From: a virus
Direction: 5' to 3' (one strand)
IMG/VR virus record: IMGVR_UViG_3300047480_000598
Span: 98,336-162,335 of that record
Length of the DNA: 64,000 nt
Under the pieces are notes generated by a model. The model was not told the DNA's origin. It searched no databases and worked only from the letters and a program-made list of their open reading frames with translations. Position numbers and translations under genes: made by a program. Each line of letters opens with the position of its first letter. The first letter of the stretch is position 1. Below are positions 16,156 through 25,485 of the stretch, piece by piece.

Positions 16156-17930
16156 TCTGTTATCTCTAAATCGTTAGAATATGAAGTAAATCCATTTTCT
16201 TTTATAACTTTTAGTACATTGTTTACTCGTCCAACTAATTCGTCCTTGTGACTAATTAAGAATATATTTTTATTTCGTTCTCTTCCGATACCTTTTAATA
16301 CAGATAGTGCATTTTCAACACCGATTGAATCTAATCCGTTATCGATAAGTTCGTCAACAAACAATAGATTAACATTATGATAAAGACTTTCCCAAACATC
16401 ACGAAATGCCCAAGATAGTCCTAAGATTAATCGATTCCTTTCTCCTCTAGACAAATTATCAAAGTCTAAATCTTGTCCTAATTGAGTAATTTCAACACTT
16501 AGATCGTTTTGAAACACAACTAAGTGAGGTAATCCCATCTTATCAAGGTAGTAAGATAAGCGACTATTTAGATAAGCTAGGTTTTGATCAATAATTTTCT
16601 TACGTATAAACGAATCTTTATTTGTTAAGAGCTTTAATAAGAATTCTTGATGATCTTTTACAACAGTTAAGTCGTTAACTGTATCCCAATTAATATCTTG
16701 AAGTGCAGTATTTTGCAGATCATAGATTTGATCTTGATAAGGATCAGTTTCGTTATATTTTGTAAGTAATTGAGATTCAAGAATCTTTAAGTTACTTTGA
16801 TGTTGGAGTGCATCTTCGACTGTTTCGTAATAAGTTTCCGGTGCCTGCTCTAATGTTACTAATGAATTTAAATCTTTTAACACCATCTCTAAGTCAGAAG
16901 TAACTTTATCTAAATACTTTTGTGATTCACTAACATCATGGTTCTTTTTAGCAGTAAGTTCTTCGTGTTTGTGATCATGTAATTCTTGTTCGCAAGCATG
17001 ACAGATTTTATTTGCTAAACTATCCAATTCTTTAACGCATTTATCGCGAGTTTTTACTGCTTGCATAAGTGCAGCTTCTAAGGTTGCTTTTTGCTTGTTT
17101 AAACTAGATCTTTTTGCCTTTAATTCGTTGTATTCCTTTAATGAAGCATGAGACTCGATCTCTTGTTCAATATCAACTCCTTCAAGTTCTACAATAGACT
17201 TGCCTAGTTTTTCTAAATCGTTTTCCTTTTGTTTAATCCATGCCGTTTGTTTAAGCTCTAAACTATCGATACTTTGTTGTATTTTTTCATTTGCCTTTTT
17301 AATAGCTTCAATATTGGCAGTTTCTTGTGTTATTTTGTCTTTAACATCTTTAGTTAAAAGTTTTAAAGATTCTGCTTTTTCGGATAGCAACGTAATTCCG
17401 AGAAGTTGTTCTATAATTTCTCGTTGATCGTTAGCCTTCATCGATAAAAACGGTTCGGTATAAGTGTTTAGAGCCAAAACATGTTTAAACATAGTATGGC
17501 TCATATCAATAAGTTTTGTTAAATCTTTTTGTGTTTCTCGACTATCACCTTGAGATTCGTCAGACTCTAAATCTTCTTGTTCAACATCGTTAACAAAGAA
17601 TTTTAAAATAGTAGGCTTTCTACCTCGTTCGATTCGATAATTGATGTTATCTTTTTCGAAAGACAATGTAACAAGCATATTTTTACTGTTAATTTTATTG
17701 ATCAAATTGTCTCTTTTAATATTAGTTAGAGCAACTCCGTATAATGCGTAACTTAGCGCATTAACAATAGTAGTTTTACCGGTTCCATTTCGAGATCCAG
17801 AATCGTCTCCGCCCATATCTAAGTTTTCACCTAGTACAAGTGTAAGGTTTTCCTGATCAAAGTTAACTGCTTGTGTTTGATTACCAACACTCATAAAGTT
17901 TTTTACAGTTAATGTTTTATATTTGATCAT
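16152..17930 (-). CDS. gp46: Recombination nuclease ATPase subunit (Rad50/SbcC-like)
   Basis: Walker A NGTGKTT, zinc hook CHAC within a coiled coil, LSRGE signature, Walker B LFVDE and ISH. Confidence 0.95.
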   Translation of the reverse strand: MIKYKTLTVKNFMSVGNQTQAVNFDQENLTLVLGENLDMGGDDSGSRNGTGKTTIVNALSYALYGVALTNIKRDNLINKINSKNMLVTLSFEKDNINYRIERGRKPTILKFFVNDVEQEDLESDESQGDSRETQKDLTKLIDMSHTMFKHVLALNTYTEPFLSMKANDQREIIEQLLGITLLSEKAESLKLLTKDVKDKITQETANIEAIKKANEKIQQSIDSLELKQTAWIKQKENDLEKLGKSIVELEGVDIEQEIESHASLKEYNELKAKRSSLNKQKATLEAALMQAVKTRDKCVKELDSLANKICHACEQELHDHKHEELTAKKNHDVSESQKYLDKVTSDLEMVLKDLNSLVTLEQAPETYYETVEDALQHQSNLKILESQLLTKYNETDPYQDQIYDLQNTALQDINWDTVNDLTVVKDHQEFLLKLLTNKDSFIRKKIIDQNLAYLNSRLSYYLDKMGLPHLVVFQNDLSVEITQLGQDLDFDNLSRGERNRLILGLSWAFRDVWESLYHNVNLLFVDELIDNGLDSIGVENALSVLKGIGRERNKNIFLISHKDELVGRVNNVLKVIKENGFTSYSNDLEITE

Positions 17931-18940
17931 AAGCTATTATAAATTTCCAGTAATTTTGCGCTATTATACGCATCAGAATCAATATTTACAAGTTGATTTG
18001 AAACAATTTGATCCACTGATTCAAATGTACTAAAATCAGTTTGATTGTCTACAGCAATGTGTTTTCTTTCTGTAATTAACGTTACTTCACGAATGTTGTA
18101 TTTTTCAATAAACGTTTCTTTTATAAATGTTGCTTCTTCGAAACTAATATCGATATCTAAATTAACTCGCAAGTGCTGCTTAGGCCTTAGTATTGATTCA
18201 GCATCGTCGATCATTTGGCTTAATTTAATGGTTCTAAAAGTAGGTTGATCCGGCCAACTAAAATATTCCGGTTGACTCCCCCATTCTAAGACCATCATTC
18301 CTCTATTATCATCCCATGCATCGGAATAATTGTGGGGAAATGCATTACCGATGTAACAAATATTTTGATTTACTTGCCGTTTATGGAAGTGTCCGCTAAA
18401 TGCCATTTCAAAGTTTTTAAAATGATCAAGTTGCATTTCTCCATGATCAGGCATTTGAACCATGGCATTCATAAAGAATGTTGGTAGTTCAAAATGTCCA
18501 AAAATGTACTTTGATGATTTTTTTGTAATGTGTTTCCATTCGTCTCCTACTAGCCAAGGACAAAGAGTTACATCGCCTTGAGTTATTGGACTATCGACAA
18601 TAGTAACTCCTGGTATATATTTTCCAAACTCTACAGAATGAATATCCCGCTTGTCTTTATAGTATAAATCATGATTGCCAGGGAAAAAATAAAAATTATC
18701 AAACGCTTGACCCAATTTTTCAAGGGCCCGTAAACTATAATCCATGGTAGTAATATTAAGACTGTTGCGGTTATGATGCCAATCGCCCAAGAATATTCCT
18801 GTGTCACAGCCTTCCTCCTTTGCTTTTTTAATGTACCAATCTACAAAATCTTCGCAGTCTTTGTTATGAATTGAGCTGTTAGATTTAAGTCCAAAATGAA
18901 TGTCAGTAAAACAAGCAGCTTTTTTAAAAAGATTACTCAT
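17927..18940 (-). CDS. gp47: Recombination nuclease subunit (Mre11/SbcD-like)
   Basis: Phosphoesterase motifs DIHFG, GDWHH, GNHD and GHFH. Confidence 0.95.
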   Translation of the reverse strand: MSNLFKKAACFTDIHFGLKSNSSIHNKDCEDFVDWYIKKAKEEGCDTGIFLGDWHHNRNSLNITTMDYSLRALEKLGQAFDNFYFFPGNHDLYYKDKRDIHSVEFGKYIPGVTIVDSPITQGDVTLCPWLVGDEWKHITKKSSKYIFGHFELPTFFMNAMVQMPDHGEMQLDHFKNFEMAFSGHFHKRQVNQNICYIGNAFPHNYSDAWDDNRGMMVLEWGSQPEYFSWPDQPTFRTIKLSQMIDDAESILRPKQHLRVNLDIDISFEEATFIKETFIEKYNIREVTLITERKHIAVDNQTDFSTFESVDQIVSNQLVNIDSDAYNSAKLLEIYNSL

Positions 18941-19767
18941 TCTGTGTCCTCGTTGTATCTCTTTACTGCATAATCGTATTCGCTATCACCTAACCGAGTG
19001 TAACTAGGATTCATGCCGTTAATTTCGAGTAAATCATCTCGAATATTTTGATTTCGTTTTTCTATATTAATGACACGGACAAAACTATTAGTAACTGCCG
19101 CAGTGAAGTATGCAAATGGATTATCGGATTTAGATTCGTCGAACTGTAATCCAATTTGAGTAAGCTGTAGAATTGCTTGTCCACGCATCTCGTCGTTATA
19201 CGTGTATCCGCGAACATTACCTCGAGTGCCGTATCGTTCGCATAATTTTAACATCATTCTAGCTAGATTATCTGTTATCTGTCCTTTATATCGATCAAAT
19301 TCGCCCAACGCTAAGTCACCTTTCCAATGACTTTTACCTACACAAATTAAATGATCGTTTTCGTCAAACTTCCAATGTTGGAATGGGGGGAAATTAACTT
19401 TGTCGTGCCTGTCGGCGACGTTTTTTGGATTCTTTTTTCGTAAAGCATTTAATGGAATATGATCATAAGTCATAATCCTAAAAATTAAATCTGTTTTATT
19501 AATTTTTTTGTAATCTATTTCGCAGTCGGCTTGCTTTACTTTTTCGCCTTCTGCTTTTCTTTTTTGATAAGCAAGATCTCCGATTCTTTTTGCTTGATTT
19601 CTTTTTGCCTCTGCAATTGTTCTTATGTTAATCTTGTCTATACTAGTTAGAATAATATCGTATTGATGATATTCAGGTTTTTCAAAACTACAAAAAGAAC
19701 TCTTCGATCTATGTATCTCTAACAACATATCCTTGTTGTTTAAATAATTAACTTTGGTTGGTACCAT
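18937..19767 (-). CDS. gp55: Late-transcription sigma factor
   Basis: Motifs NYLNNKDML, GYTYNDEM and FDESKSDNPFAYFT..NSFVRVI..EK; adjacent to gp47 as in T4-like phages. Confidence 0.85.
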   Translation of the reverse strand: MVPTKVNYLNNKDMLLEIHRSKSSFCSFEKPEYHQYDIILTSIDKINIRTIAEAKRNQAKRIGDLAYQKRKAEGEKVKQADCEIDYKKINKTDLIFRIMTYDHIPLNALRKKNPKNVADRHDKVNFPPFQHWKFDENDHLICVGKSHWKGDLALGEFDRYKGQITDNLARMMLKLCERYGTRGNVRGYTYNDEMRGQAILQLTQIGLQFDESKSDNPFAYFTAAVTNSFVRVINIEKRNQNIRDDLLEINGMNPSYTRLGDSEYDYAVKRYNEDTE

Positions 19768-19787
19768 ATCTTCTCCTATACTAGGTT

Positions 19788-19816
19788 ACTATAATATACG
19801 TATATAAAAAAGTCAA
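19788..19816 (-). promoter_or_regulatory. Sigma70-like promoter for the gp55-gp47-gp46 operon
   Basis: TTGACT-N17-TATAGT. Confidence 0.55.
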
Positions 19817-19843
19817 ATAAATAATAAACCAAAAGGAAATACT

Positions 19844-20839
19844 ATGACTTTATTGAATACAAGTAATACTGGCCAGAATTTAGGCTCTACAATAGCTGCT
19901 TCTTCTGCAACATTTGGCGCAATTACTTCCGGTATTAATACTATTGGAAGTATGTTTGATAGTGCTGGAAATTTTAATCCTCGATTACAGGGCGGAATTT
20001 TAAATGCAATAGGAAATACCGCAGGAGATATAGCAAGTGCAGTATCAATGTTTTCCGATAATGCAGACCCGAACGATTGGAGAGTCAGGTTAAGTTTACC
20101 TAACTGGATAAGTTTTAGAACTAGTCCGGTACTCAAACCGTTACAAGATGCAGGCGGATTAATATTTCCTTACACTCCGACGATTAATATCAAATCTGAC
20201 GCAAATTACAGTGCAGAACCGATAACTCATAACAACTATTCTGTAACATCGTATAGGAATAGTGTTCCGGGAGAAATATCAATTAATGCTCCGATGAATG
20301 TTGAAGATGCTACCCAAGCGACTTATTGGATTGCAGCAGTACATTATTTAAGGTCTGTAACAAAAATGTTCAGCGGAAATGACCCTAAGGCCGGCAATCC
20401 ACCTCCACTGGTATATTTAAATGGTTACGGTAATTATGTTTTTAAAAATGTTCCGGTAGTAGTGACTAGATTCGAATGCCAGTTAGGTAATGACTGCGAT
20501 TATATCGGTGTAAATGTTGTAGGTAATATCGCAAGCGTAGTTAGTGGAGTTTCTGATTCGCTTGGAGGTCTGGCAAGTACATTAGGCGGTGCTGTATCGG
20601 GATTGTCAGGAATTACTAGTACTATTAGCAACATTGCAGGAGGAGTTGGGCAAGTATCAAATCTTCTCGGTGCATATAATGTTGGAGGAACTACATCAGG
20701 TGGAAGAACATATGTTCCTACCAAAAGTTCGTTTTCAATATCATTAAGACCTGTATATAGTAGGACAAGTATTAAGAACTTTAGTTTAGACACATTTGTT
20801 TCAGGCGGATATCTATTAAATTATTACGGATACGTTTAA
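19844..20839 (+). CDS. Baseplate/tail-tube initiator-like protein (gp48/gp54-like)
   Basis: Motifs GLIFPYTPTI, HYLRSVTKMF and GNPPPLVYLNGYG..F.NVPVVV (tube-fold-like); first gene of the baseplate block. Confidence 0.6.
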   Translation: MTLLNTSNTGQNLGSTIAASSATFGAITSGINTIGSMFDSAGNFNPRLQGGILNAIGNTAGDIASAVSMFSDNADPNDWRVRLSLPNWISFRTSPVLKPLQDAGGLIFPYTPTINIKSDANYSAEPITHNNYSVTSYRNSVPGEISINAPMNVEDATQATYWIAAVHYLRSVTKMFSGNDPKAGNPPPLVYLNGYGNYVFKNVPVVVTRFECQLGNDCDYIGVNVVGNIASVVSGVSDSLGGLASTLGGAVSGLSGITSTISNIAGGVGQVSNLLGAYNVGGTTSGGRTYVPTKSSFSISLRPVYSRTSIKNFSLDTFVSGGYLLNYYGYV

Positions 20840-20840
20840 T

Positions 20841-21140
20841 ATGGCAACATACACAAATACCAGCCCTTGGTTTACTACTGATATAACTCAAAATTATCTT
20901 AGTATATTAAAAATTAGACCAGTGAGTGCAGAACCGGATGATTATTTGTATACAATTGATCCTCAATACAAATATCGACCGGATTTATTAGCATATGATT
21001 TATATGGACAACCAAATCTATGGTGGGTTTTTATACAACGAAATTTAGATGTTTTACAAGATCCTATTTTTGATTTTGTTCCCGGAACTAGAATTTATAT
21101 TCCAAAACCGAATAGTTTAAGATCTGTATTAGGGTTATAA
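20841..21140 (+). CDS. Baseplate wedge protein, LysM-like (gp53-like)
   Basis: YRPDLLAYDLYGQPNLWWVF...N..DPIFDF..G..IYIP. Confidence 0.8.
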   Translation: MATYTNTSPWFTTDITQNYLSILKIRPVSAEPDDYLYTIDPQYKYRPDLLAYDLYGQPNLWWVFIQRNLDVLQDPIFDFVPGTRIYIPKPNSLRSVLGL

Positions 21141-21141
21141 C

Positions 21142-23403
21142 ATGGCAACAGATTCAGCAACTACCGCCGTATCGACTACTGTAAAAAAAGTTTCTAATAC
21201 AAATTTATTAGATAGTGCAATCGCTTCTTTTAAAGAATTATTAAATGTATCTCTACCATTACCGAACGAATTATCGGACTATGCAACATACACATATGTA
21301 GTTAGTATTGGTGTATTAACAGCAGACGATTTAAACAATCCTGACGGTACATATATGGCAGGAAAAAGAATTCCTTTATTGTGTAAAACTGCTGGTGGCG
21401 ATCCTAATAATAGAATTCAAACACCTTACGGAAAGTTTGAGTTTTATGTTGACAATATAAAAATAGATTCTGTTATTGGATTTTCAGTTAATAAAAACAC
21501 TAACGTTGCTACTATGGAGTTTGATATTTACGAACCATATAGTATGGGTATGTTTATGGTTGCATTACAGACAGCATCGCAACAAGCAGGATATACAAAC
21601 TGGAGAGAAGTTCCGTTATTAATGACAATTTCCTTTCAAGGGAATACACAAGCAGGACTTCCGTTAGATCTTGCAAAAACTACCAGGTACATACCATTTA
21701 GAGTTGGCGAAATGAGTATGAATACTACTGAAAAAGGAACTAGATATCATTTTACAGGGTATGCTCACAATGCCATAGGGCAAACAGAAGAAAAGTCGAG
21801 TTTAAAAAGTGATACAGCAGTTAAAGGAAAGACAGTACAAGAAGTATTGCAAACAGGTGAAAAAAGTTTACAAGCAGTTGTAAATGAAAGATTACGTCAA
21901 TATAAAGATGACGGAATAGTAGAAGTTCCGGATGAAATTGTAATCTTATTTCCTATCGACTCATCAAGCGCCTCAACAAATTCAGGAAATAATTCTTCAA
22001 AAGAATCTTCAACTACTGCTACTTCATCAACAACAGGATCAGGATCAGATATCTATAAAAAATTAGGTTTAGTTCGAGATTCAACAACAAAAAATCTTAT
22101 TCAGTCATCAGGTCAATGTAATTCTATTGGAAAACAGTCAATGGGTTACGACATGAAGAAGAAGTCAGAACCTGCAATGGCAAAAGATGATTCTGTATAT
22201 AATTCCAAAACTGGTACATGGGATCAGTCTAAAAACACATATGATGCAACTGAAGGTAATTTAAAATTTACACAAGATATTGATATACCAACTGCAATTA
22301 ATCAGGTAATCCTAGCAAGCAATTATCCAAATGTTGCATTAGATAAAAATACAGTTGATAGCAACGGTATGCGCCCGATGTGGAAAGTTGATACGCAAGT
22401 TTTTGATATCGATTCTGATGCTAACATGGCAAAGACTGGTACAAAACCGAGATTAATTGTATATCGAGTAGTGCAGTATGATGTACATTCGAGTCATATG
22501 GCCACACCTAATACAAAGCCCCCGGGAATTGATTCATTAACTAAACAACTAGTAAAAGTATATGACTACATTTATACAGGAAAAAATACAGAAGTTTTAA
22601 AATTTAATATTGATTTTAGTTACGGTTTTAATAATATCTTTCCGGCAGACAACTTTAAAAGAACACAGGATGCACAACTACAATCAAAATATGCAGGAAC
22701 ATTTAGACTATCGGATATTTCAAACTTGGTAGGAGATCTTCTCGGTGGAGGATTCCTTGGCGGATTAGTTGGCGGAGTAATTGGCGGTATTATAGGAGAT
22801 ATCCCCGGAGCAGTTAAATCGGTTTTTGCCGGTTATGCACCGTCGAAGGATATAGGAGCAATTCCTACACAAATTTCTTTCATGGGAACTAAAGTATCAA
22901 CTGACGGACAAGGCGGCGGCGGATTGGAAAACGTAATTAATAGGTCGGCTCGATATATGTTTGATGCATTTACTTCTCCGAATAATATGGTTAATTTAGA
23001 CATGGAAATTCTAGGAGATCCTTTCTGGATAGCTCAAAGCGGTGTTGCTAATTACACAGGAAAAATGACACAATTTAAAGACTTGTTAAGCGACGGTAGT
23101 GTAAATTATCAAAACGGTGAAGTGCATGTAGGAGTTAATTTTAGGACTCCTATCGATATTAATCAAGCAACAGGTTTGTACGATTTTGGTCCATCCTCTA
23201 CAGTTTCGGTTACTCATTTCAGTGGAATTTATAAAGTTAATAAAGTTACTAGCACTTTCAATCAAGGACGATTTACACAACTTTTAGAAGGATATAGAAT
23301 TCCAGGACAAGAAAGTAAAAATGCAAGTGACCCGGGGCAACTATTTAATATTAATTCTTTGCTCGATAGTGTAACAAGTATAATAGGCGGAGTTTTTAAA
23401 TGA
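21142..23403 (+). CDS. Baseplate hub protein (gp27/gpD-like)
   Basis: 753 aa lying between gp53-like and gp5; C-terminal MEILGDPFWI and FSGIYKVNKVTSTFNQGRFTQLL. Confidence 0.6.
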   Translation: MATDSATTAVSTTVKKVSNTNLLDSAIASFKELLNVSLPLPNELSDYATYTYVVSIGVLTADDLNNPDGTYMAGKRIPLLCKTAGGDPNNRIQTPYGKFEFYVDNIKIDSVIGFSVNKNTNVATMEFDIYEPYSMGMFMVALQTASQQAGYTNWREVPLLMTISFQGNTQAGLPLDLAKTTRYIPFRVGEMSMNTTEKGTRYHFTGYAHNAIGQTEEKSSLKSDTAVKGKTVQEVLQTGEKSLQAVVNERLRQYKDDGIVEVPDEIVILFPIDSSSASTNSGNNSSKESSTTATSSTTGSGSDIYKKLGLVRDSTTKNLIQSSGQCNSIGKQSMGYDMKKKSEPAMAKDDSVYNSKTGTWDQSKNTYDATEGNLKFTQDIDIPTAINQVILASNYPNVALDKNTVDSNGMRPMWKVDTQVFDIDSDANMAKTGTKPRLIVYRVVQYDVHSSHMATPNTKPPGIDSLTKQLVKVYDYIYTGKNTEVLKFNIDFSYGFNNIFPADNFKRTQDAQLQSKYAGTFRLSDISNLVGDLLGGGFLGGLVGGVIGGIIGDIPGAVKSVFAGYAPSKDIGAIPTQISFMGTKVSTDGQGGGGLENVINRSARYMFDAFTSPNNMVNLDMEILGDPFWIAQSGVANYTGKMTQFKDLLSDGSVNYQNGEVHVGVNFRTPIDINQATGLYDFGPSSTVSVTHFSGIYKVNKVTSTFNQGRFTQLLEGYRIPGQESKNASDPGQLFNINSLLDSVTSIIGGVFK

Positions 23404-24998
23404 ATAGAAATACAGAGCATGTCCCATCAAGTAAAACAGGTACCGGGGGCGGAGGCGGAGGCCCTTATATAGGGAAAGTTGTAAGCCATCTAGATCCAAC
23501 TTATATGGGCATGTTAGAAGTGGAACTACTACGACCGACAGGTAACTCGGGTACAGGTGCTCAAGGGCAGTTACATCAAGTTAAGATGATAACTCCGTTC
23601 TTTGGAACAACAGCATCTGAGTATTTAGGAGAAGATCCGGACGATTATAATAATACTCAAAAAAGTTACGGAATGTGGTTTGTCCCACCAGATGTAGGTT
23701 CATTAGTTCTTGTATTTTTTATTGACGGAGATGCAAAAAGAGGGTATTGGTATGGTTGTATTCCCGACGAAGGGATGAATATGATGTATCCTGGTATTGC
23801 AGCTACAGAAATGGTTGTTAACGGAAAAAATAAAGAACGTGTTCCTGTTGCAAATTATAACAAAGTTGTTCATAAAGAAGTTAAAGATGCATCGAAAGAT
23901 GTAAAAAAACCAAAACATCCCTTTTCGGGAGTGTATGCAGGACAAGGGTTATTAAGAGATGATATTCGAGGAATTACTACTAGTAGTGCAAGAAGAGAAG
24001 TACCGAGTATGGTATTTGGAGTATCAACACCGGGTCCTGTTGATAAACGACCGAATGCAAAAAAAGGAAGAGTAGGAAAGAAAGAACATCGAGTTAACGA
24101 TATATTTGTTAGTAGATTAGGCGGTACTAGCCTTGTTTTTGATGACGGAGATGAACAATTCTTAAGAAAAAAACAAGCATCAGCAGGACCGCCGGATTAT
24201 GCATCAGTTGGACAAGGAGAAACAGGTGGTGATGTTACTATTCCGCATAACGAGTTAGTTCGACTAAGAACAAGAACAGGTCATCAAATTTTATTGCATA
24301 ACAGTGAAGATTTAATTTATATAGGAAATGCAAGAGGAACGGCATGGATTGAGCTAACAAGCAACGGAAAAATCGACATTTATTCAGCTGATAGTATCAA
24401 TATTCATAGTTCGATGGATTTAAATATCCGTGCAAATCGAGATATTAATTTAGAAGCAGGAAGAAATCTTAACTTTAAAGCATTAAACGAATGCCATTTA
24501 GAAACATCGAAGAATCTTAATCTAGTAGTCGGCCAGAATGGAACTATTACTACAGAAAAGGGATTATCAGTAAAAGTAAAAGATGGTAGTGTTAATACAC
24601 AAACATCAAAAAATGTCACATTTAAGTGTGGTGGAAGTCATGTAATTACAGCAAAATCAATTAATGCAAATGGTCCAACTGCGCCCGATGTGGAAGCTAT
24701 TTCTACCTTAAAAACTCATGTATTGCCAACTGAAACTAAAGATGGAACAATCACATCGATAATGAGAAGAATGCCTACAAGAGAACCTTATCCTCATCAC
24801 GAAAATTTAGATCCGGCTGCATATGTACCTAAAGCGACAGATAGAGATGTAGATGGTAGATATAACGATGGATCCCAAAGTAAACCGTCAGAGACCTTAA
24901 AAACGCCGGCTGAATGGTGGACTAAAGCTAACGATAAGAATCCTCAATATACTACAAAAACTGATCCGTTTATGAAGATCAGAGGAAAAGAAAAATGA
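23400..24998 (+). CDS. gp5: Baseplate central spike (gp5/VgrG-like)
   Basis: N-terminal OB-fold (DPTYMGMLEVEL; GMWFVPPDVGSLVLVFF), RTRTGHQILLH and beta-helix repeats; no lysozyme domain recognised. Confidence 0.8.
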   Translation: MNRNTEHVPSSKTGTGGGGGGPYIGKVVSHLDPTYMGMLEVELLRPTGNSGTGAQGQLHQVKMITPFFGTTASEYLGEDPDDYNNTQKSYGMWFVPPDVGSLVLVFFIDGDAKRGYWYGCIPDEGMNMMYPGIAATEMVVNGKNKERVPVANYNKVVHKEVKDASKDVKKPKHPFSGVYAGQGLLRDDIRGITTSSARREVPSMVFGVSTPGPVDKRPNAKKGRVGKKEHRVNDIFVSRLGGTSLVFDDGDEQFLRKKQASAGPPDYASVGQGETGGDVTIPHNELVRLRTRTGHQILLHNSEDLIYIGNARGTAWIELTSNGKIDIYSADSINIHSSMDLNIRANRDINLEAGRNLNFKALNECHLETSKNLNLVVGQNGTITTEKGLSVKVKDGSVNTQTSKNVTFKCGGSHVITAKSINANGPTAPDVEAISTLKTHVLPTETKDGTITSIMRRMPTREPYPHHENLDPAAYVPKATDRDVDGRYNDGSQSKPSETLKTPAEWWTKANDKNPQYTTKTDPFMKIRGKEK

Positions 24999-25438
24999 GT
25001 TCAAACCCAAGTTTATACGATAAAACAATATTAAAGCCTGTAGCAAACGCCGATCGGGTTAGCTCAAAAATGTACAGAGGATTTAGTACAGTTAGTGAAA
25101 ATACTGAAAATTATAGTTTATATGATTATCAGTTAATACAACAGGATATTTTGAATCATTTCTATATAAAACAAGGCGAGCGATTAATGAATCCAACATT
25201 CGGAACAATTATATGGGATTTAATATTTGAACCGTTAACTGACGAAGTTAAATCAATGATAACAAGAAATGTTGATGTGATCCTTAATAGCGATCCTAGA
25301 GTAAAAGCTGATCAAATTATTATTACTCCGTACGAATCTGGAATACAAATTGAATGTTTACTAACTTATGTTCCGTATAACGTAAGTCAAGTAATGCAGT
25401 TAAAATTTGATCAAAATAACGGTTTAATTGTAGGATAA
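24995..25438 (+). CDS. gp25: Baseplate wedge subunit gp25
   Basis: GERLMNPTFGTIIWDLIFEP...DPRV. Confidence 0.9.
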   Translation: MSSNPSLYDKTILKPVANADRVSSKMYRGFSTVSENTENYSLYDYQLIQQDILNHFYIKQGERLMNPTFGTIIWDLIFEPLTDEVKSMITRNVDVILNSDPRVKADQIIITPYESGIQIECLLTYVPYNVSQVMQLKFDQNNGLIVG

Positions 25439-25485
25439 TATACGTACAAAATCGTTTCAATAAATACACGTATTAGGGATTAAGT

